Below are positions 59,688 to 64,000 of a stretch of 64,000 bases of DNA, piece after piece; within the stretch, counting starts at the first letter, position 1, and every line of letters begins with the position of its first letter. Below the pieces are notes generated by a model, which was not told the origin of the DNA, made no database searches, and saw only the letters and a list, made by a program, of their open reading frames with translations. Source of the DNA: Thermoproteota archaeon (GTDB lineage Archaea > Thermoproteota > Thermoprotei_A > Sulfolobales > Ignisphaeraceae). The translations under genes were made by a program, and so were the position numbers. The DNA lies in contig JAUQPB010000002.1 of the NCBI GenBank assembly GCA_030550585.1, forward strand, positions 256,001 to 320,000, in the 5' to 3' direction.

Positions 59688-59908
59688 ACCTTATATTGTT
59701 TTTACACACATTATGGACTAGTATTATGGTGTAGTGTAAGCTTTTTAAGCCTTTATTAGAGTATAGTAGTCTATTGGAAGTGTATTTTAGTCTGATTCAC
59801 AAACTCAGAAAGTAGATGGGGATTTCATAACCTTATTAGCTGTAGTTGAACTATAAAACATGAATGGCATGGGGCTAAGCAAAATTTAATGACGGTTTCG
59901 CATAGGGA

Positions 59909-62245
59909 TTGTTAGGCATGGTTGTTAAGGCTCTTCGCATTAGAATTGTTGGTGTTGTTCAAGGTGTTGGCTTCAGACCTTTTGTTTATAGGCTTGCTAC
60001 TAGGCTTGGCTTGAGGGGCTATGTTGTTAATCTGGGTGGTAGTGAGGTCGAGGTTTTTGTTGAAGGTGATGAAAGTGTTTTGAGGGTTTTTCTTGATAGG
60101 CTCTACTCTGAGAAGCCTCCTAATGCTAGGATTGAGAAGGTTTTTGTTGATTGGGCTGAGCCAGCGGGCTTCAAAGAGTTTTTGATTAGGGAGAGTGGGT
60201 CTGTGCAGGTTCTGAGGAGTATTATACCCCCCGACATCGGTATTTGCAGTGATTGTGTCAAGGAGATTCTGGACCCTAGCACAAGGTTCTATAGATACTA
60301 TTGGAATAGCTGTGTTAACTGTGGCCCAAGGTTCTCTATGATGTTTAGAACCCCGTATGACAGGGAAAACACTTCTATGGCTGTCTTCAAACTTTGTTCT
60401 GCTTGTGAAGCTGATTATAGGGATCCCAACAATGTTAGGAGATTCCATGCACAAGGTATTAGCTGCCCTGTTTGCGGTCCAAAGACATTTGTTTTTGATT
60501 CTAGTGGTAGGAAAATAGATGTCGAAGATGTTGTCAAGTTTGTTGCTGAGAAGATTTTGGAGGGGGCTATAGTTGCTATCAAGGGTGTTGGAGGCTACCA
60601 CATAGCCTGTCTAGCATCTGATGACAGTGTTGTTTTGGAGCTTAGAAAGAGGAAGAGGAGACCCACACAGCCATTTGCTGTTATGGCAAGGGACTACAGC
60701 GTTGTCGAGGAGATTGCAGTGCCTTTCAATGGGGCTAGAGAGCTTTTGGAATCTCCACAGAGACCAATAGTTATATTGCCTAAGAGGAGAGGCTCCAAAC
60801 TATCTGAGTATGTTGCACCTGGCTTGTCAACAGTTGGTGTTATGCTTCCATACACAGGATTCCAGGCGCTCCTCCTGAGGGAGATCCCAGAGGGCTTCTT
60901 AATAATGACTAGTGGTAATGTTCATGGAGAGTCCATGTGTACAAACATCAGATGTGTTTTTGAGAAACTTGGGAAGGTTGTTGACTATGTTGTTGAGCAT
61001 GAGAGGGAGATTGTTCACAGAGTTGACGATAGCGTCATAAGATTTGCTGATGGGGAGCCAGTTTTCCTTAGAAGGGCTAGGGGCTATGCGCCAGAGTGGA
61101 TAGAGGTTCCATTTGACTTGGTCGAGTCTATCGCTGTTGGAGCAGAGCTTCAAACAGCTGGTGCAGTGGCGTTTGAGAACAAGGTTGTTTTGACGCAGTT
61201 TATAGGGGATGTCGATGAGCCTGCTCAGCTAGATGATCTTAGGAGAGAGCTTATGTGGTTTGCAAAAATCTATGGGCTGAAGCCATCAATTGTTGTTGCT
61301 GATATGCATCCTCTGTACCATAATAAGAGGCTTGCCATAGAGCTTGCAAAAGATTTTGAAGCTGAGTACACAGAGGTTCAGCACCACCACGCACATATAG
61401 CAGCTGCTATGGCAGAGCACGGCATTGAAGATGGAAAAGTTGTTGGGATAGCAATTGATGGAACAGGCTATGGCGTCGACGGTGGTATATGGGGTGGGGA
61501 AGTGATGATAGCAAACTACACAGACTTTGTCAGAACAGGCAGTCTACAGCCATTTGTCTTGCCGGGTGGGGACACAGCAGCTCTCTACCCAGTAAAGTCA
61601 TTGATATCACTTCTGGCATTGGCTGGCTATAGCGAAGAGGAGGCTCTGAAGATTTTAGAGAAGAGAGACTTGATAAACTCGTTACCATACGGAAAAAAAG
61701 AGGCTGAGATAACGTATATACTTGCAAGAAGTGGTCGAGGACCCATTGTGACAAGCATGGGTAGAACACTAGACGCATTCTCAGCACTTCTAAGAGCGTG
61801 CACCATTAGAACATATGAGGGTGAGCCACCGATGAAGCTAGAGGCTATGGCTGACAACGGTGCATATCTAGACTATGAGCCAAGGATAAAAATGTTTGAT
61901 GGCAGGCTAGTAGTAGATGTTGTCGACCTTCTCAACTGGGTTTTGAGCAACGAGAATAAGAGGGAGAGCGACTTGGCAGCAACAATCCTAAGGTCTCTTG
62001 GAATAGCACTGGGGATGATAGCGCTGAGGAGTTTGAAGGGGCTGAGAAACACTATAAACACAGTTTTTTTGAGCGGCGGCTCAGCTGTAAACACACATAT
62101 TGTGAGGGGTGTTAAAGAGGCTTTGATGAGTGAGGGGATAAGCGTCAAGCTACCTAGGAAAGCTCCCCCAGGCGATGGGGGGATCGCGCTTGGCCAAATA
62201 GTTATAGCCTCTAAGAGGGTTTTGAATGGCGGAGGAAAGCACTAG
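59909..62245 (+). CDS. hypF: Carbamoyltransferase HypF (start may be ATG 59918)
   Basis: GVVQGVGFRPFVY, two CxxC Zn fingers, RFHAQ, KGVGGYH, QHHHAH, DGTGYG, GDGGIALGQ. Confidence 0.96.
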   Translation: MLGMVVKALRIRIVGVVQGVGFRPFVYRLATRLGLRGYVVNLGGSEVEVFVEGDESVLRVFLDRLYSEKPPNARIEKVFVDWAEPAGFKEFLIRESGSVQVLRSIIPPDIGICSDCVKEILDPSTRFYRYYWNSCVNCGPRFSMMFRTPYDRENTSMAVFKLCSACEADYRDPNNVRRFHAQGISCPVCGPKTFVFDSSGRKIDVEDVVKFVAEKILEGAIVAIKGVGGYHIACLASDDSVVLELRKRKRRPTQPFAVMARDYSVVEEIAVPFNGARELLESPQRPIVILPKRRGSKLSEYVAPGLSTVGVMLPYTGFQALLLREIPEGFLIMTSGNVHGESMCTNIRCVFEKLGKVVDYVVEHEREIVHRVDDSVIRFADGEPVFLRRARGYAPEWIEVPFDLVESIAVGAELQTAGAVAFENKVVLTQFIGDVDEPAQLDDLRRELMWFAKIYGLKPSIVVADMHPLYHNKRLAIELAKDFEAEYTEVQHHHAHIAAAMAEHGIEDGKVVGIAIDGTGYGVDGGIWGGEVMIANYTDFVRTGSLQPFVLPGGDTAALYPVKSLISLLALAGYSEEEALKILEKRDLINSLPYGKKEAEITYILARSGRGPIVTSMGRTLDAFSALLRACTIRTYEGEPPMKLEAMADNGAYLDYEPRIKMFDGRLVVDVVDLLNWVLSNENKRESDLAATILRSLGIALGMIALRSLKGLRNTINTVFLSGGSAVNTHIVRGVKEALMSEGISVKLPRKAPPGDGGIALGQIVIASKRVLNGGGKH

Positions 62246-63452
62246 ATACTTCCTGGGTATAGCCGATAAGATTGAGAAGGCATTTAGAGAGAATAGAGAG
62301 CTTGTAAAAGCCATACTCAAAAAGATTGGCGAGTACTCCAAGAGCTTAGAGAGTCTCTATGGAAAGGACTTCAAGTTTAAGATAATGAACTTTTGTGGAA
62401 CACATGAATGGACTGTTACACACTTTGGGATTAGAAGCCTTGTGCCCAAGAACATAGAGCTTGTTGCCGGCCCCGGATGCCCAGTATGCGTAACACCGTC
62501 GCACTTCATAGAAGAGGCTATTAAACTTGCATTAGATGGCATAACTGTTTACACATATGGAGACACCTACAGGCTTAGAACATTGAATAGTGTTAGAGGG
62601 TATAGATCTCTGAGCGAGGTCAGGGGAGAGGGCAGCGTAAAGCTTGTTACAAGTCTTGTTGATGCCATTAAAGATGCTAGGAACAGTAACAGGGAGTCGG
62701 TGTTTATAGGGATAGGCTTTGAAACTGTTGCACCTGGGTATGCATCAGCAGTCTTAAAGGGATTGGTGCCAGAAAACCTCAAGATAATGAGTCTTGTCAA
62801 GCTGACGCCGCCAGCAATGTTCTACTCCCTAGAGATACTAAGGGAAAAGCCAACAGAGCCGCCTGTAATGGGCGTTATTGCACCTGGGCATGTATCGACA
62901 GTTACAGGGGCTAAGGCTTGGTCTGTTGTATCTGAGAACTATGGTATACCAGTTGTTGTATCAGGTTTTGAGCCTATCGATGTTCTGTTATCGATTTTAG
63001 AGATACTGAAGCAGCTTGTGAAGGGGGAGGCAAAGACTGTTATAGAATACAAAAGAGCTGTTACATGGCATGGGGATCTAAGGGCCCAGAGGATAGTAGC
63101 TAAAGCCTTCAGGGTTGTTGACGATGCTTGGAGAGGGATAGGGTTCCTGCCAAAGAGTGGGCTTAGATTGAGGGACGAGTATAGAAAATACGATGCGTTT
63201 GAGGGGCTTGGAGTAAAAGAGATTAAGCCAGGTGAATGGGGATACGACCTACCACCTGGATGTAGATGCGCGGAGGTGACACTTGGGAAGGCAAAGCCAA
63301 CGGACTGCCCACTATTCATGAAGGTGTGTACACCGGACAAGCCCTATGGACCATGCATGGTCTCTTTAGAAGGGGCGTGCGCTATATGGGCCAGGTTTGG
63401 AAGTGGGGGTTTGGCGGACGAGATAGCAAAAGAGCTTTCCTTAACAATCTAA
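62226..63452 (+). CDS. hypD: Hydrogenase maturation protein HypD
   Basis: CGTHE, GPGCPVC, GFET, PGHVS, C-terminal C..C..C..GPCMVS.EG.C. Confidence 0.95.
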   Translation: MAEESTRYFLGIADKIEKAFRENRELVKAILKKIGEYSKSLESLYGKDFKFKIMNFCGTHEWTVTHFGIRSLVPKNIELVAGPGCPVCVTPSHFIEEAIKLALDGITVYTYGDTYRLRTLNSVRGYRSLSEVRGEGSVKLVTSLVDAIKDARNSNRESVFIGIGFETVAPGYASAVLKGLVPENLKIMSLVKLTPPAMFYSLEILREKPTEPPVMGVIAPGHVSTVTGAKAWSVVSENYGIPVVVSGFEPIDVLLSILEILKQLVKGEAKTVIEYKRAVTWHGDLRAQRIVAKAFRVVDDAWRGIGFLPKSGLRLRDEYRKYDAFEGLGVKEIKPGEWGYDLPPGCRCAEVTLGKAKPTDCPLFMKVCTPDKPYGPCMVSLEGACAIWARFGSGGLADEIAKELSLTI

Positions 63453-63566
63453 GCTTGGGCTAATGTCTGTTTCTATATCCGATGTTTTTGCAAGGAATCA
63501 CGTTAGTAAAATTTATTTACTTTGATCGCATCATAGATTGGATAAACAGTGTGTGGTTTGGCAAAA

Positions 63567-63872
63567 ATGTGTTGGGGTTCTCCAGCCGTCGTTGTCGATG
63601 TTGATTTGAGTAGTATGATTGCCAAGGTTGACTACGGTGATGGTATTGTCAGAGATGCTTTGATTGGTATAGCCGGTGAGAGGGTTTCTAGAGGAGATAT
63701 CGTAGTTGTTCACGCAGGTGTCATCATATCAAGGCTTTCTGACGAGGGTGTTTTAGAGCATATAAAGTTTCTTGATGAGGTTCTAGGCGAAGACGCTAAA
63801 GAGGCTGTGAAGGCTTATGAGACTTTGCTCGAACTTGCAAAGTCTCTGAGAGGCGGATCTGAAAATGGATAG
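63567..63872 (+). CDS. hypC: Hydrogenase chaperone HypC (start at MCWG, ATG 63567)
   Basis: MCWGSPA..., GDIVVVHAG. Confidence 0.9.
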   Translation: MCWGSPAVVVDVDLSSMIAKVDYGDGIVRDALIGIAGERVSRGDIVVVHAGVIISRLSDEGVLEHIKFLDEVLGEDAKEAVKAYETLLELAKSLRGGSENG

Positions 63873-64000
63873 GGTTACACTTGCGCATGGATCTGGCGGT
63901 GTAGAAACATTTGAGATTCTTGAGAGGCTTATATTCAGGCGTGTTGAGGATAAGCTGAAGAGGGTTGGAAACGGATTTGGAATCGATGTCTTGGACGATG
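63865..64000 (+). CDS. hypE: HypE, N-terminal fragment (runs off the window)
   Basis: MDRVTLAHGSGG..; overlaps the hypC stop. Confidence 0.85.
   Translation, partial: MDRVTLAHGSGGVETFEILERLIFRRVEDKLKRVGNGFGIDVLDD

Noticed and set aside
1-64000. tRNA/rRNA genes, transposases, integrases, cas genes
   Set aside because: No GC-rich structured RNA stretch and no recognisable motifs seen by eye

Overview
Gene-dense chromosomal segment of a hyperthermophilic crenarchaeon. PolB3, archaeal DnaG, TyrRS/PheRS, leaderless BRE-TATA promoters and the CRISPR repeat style suggest Desulfurococcales, possibly Ignisphaera-like (inference). From left to right: a FecBCD/BtuFCD-type ABC importer; radical SAM, MBL and MFS genes; GH38 alpha-mannosidase divergent from a GH4 glycosidase interrupted by one in-frame TGA; a glycosyltransferase patch with one truncated gene; a thiC / Fe-S protein / DHPS-like cluster; a cas-less CRISPR array (23 perfect repeats plus 1 degenerate, 23 spacers of 41-54 nt); a CBS-HPF (Hib-like) hibernation factor; mscS/trkA/trkH; DUF35-thiolase; an AEP primase-like fusion protein; housekeeping genes; a threonine-synthase-like/wHTH fusion lacking the PLP lysine; a lone biotin carboxylase; polB3, dnaG, tyrS, pheT, pheS; purE/purK; a canonical C/D-box sRNA; an Opp-family ABC operon; and hypF, hypD, hypC, hypE (cut by the window end). 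The strongest candidates for undescribed biology are the pseudo-threonine-synthase regulator, the AEP fusion, the GC-skew inversion centred on the CRISPR array and the GH4 TGA. All calls come from motif recognition by eye; no searches were run.
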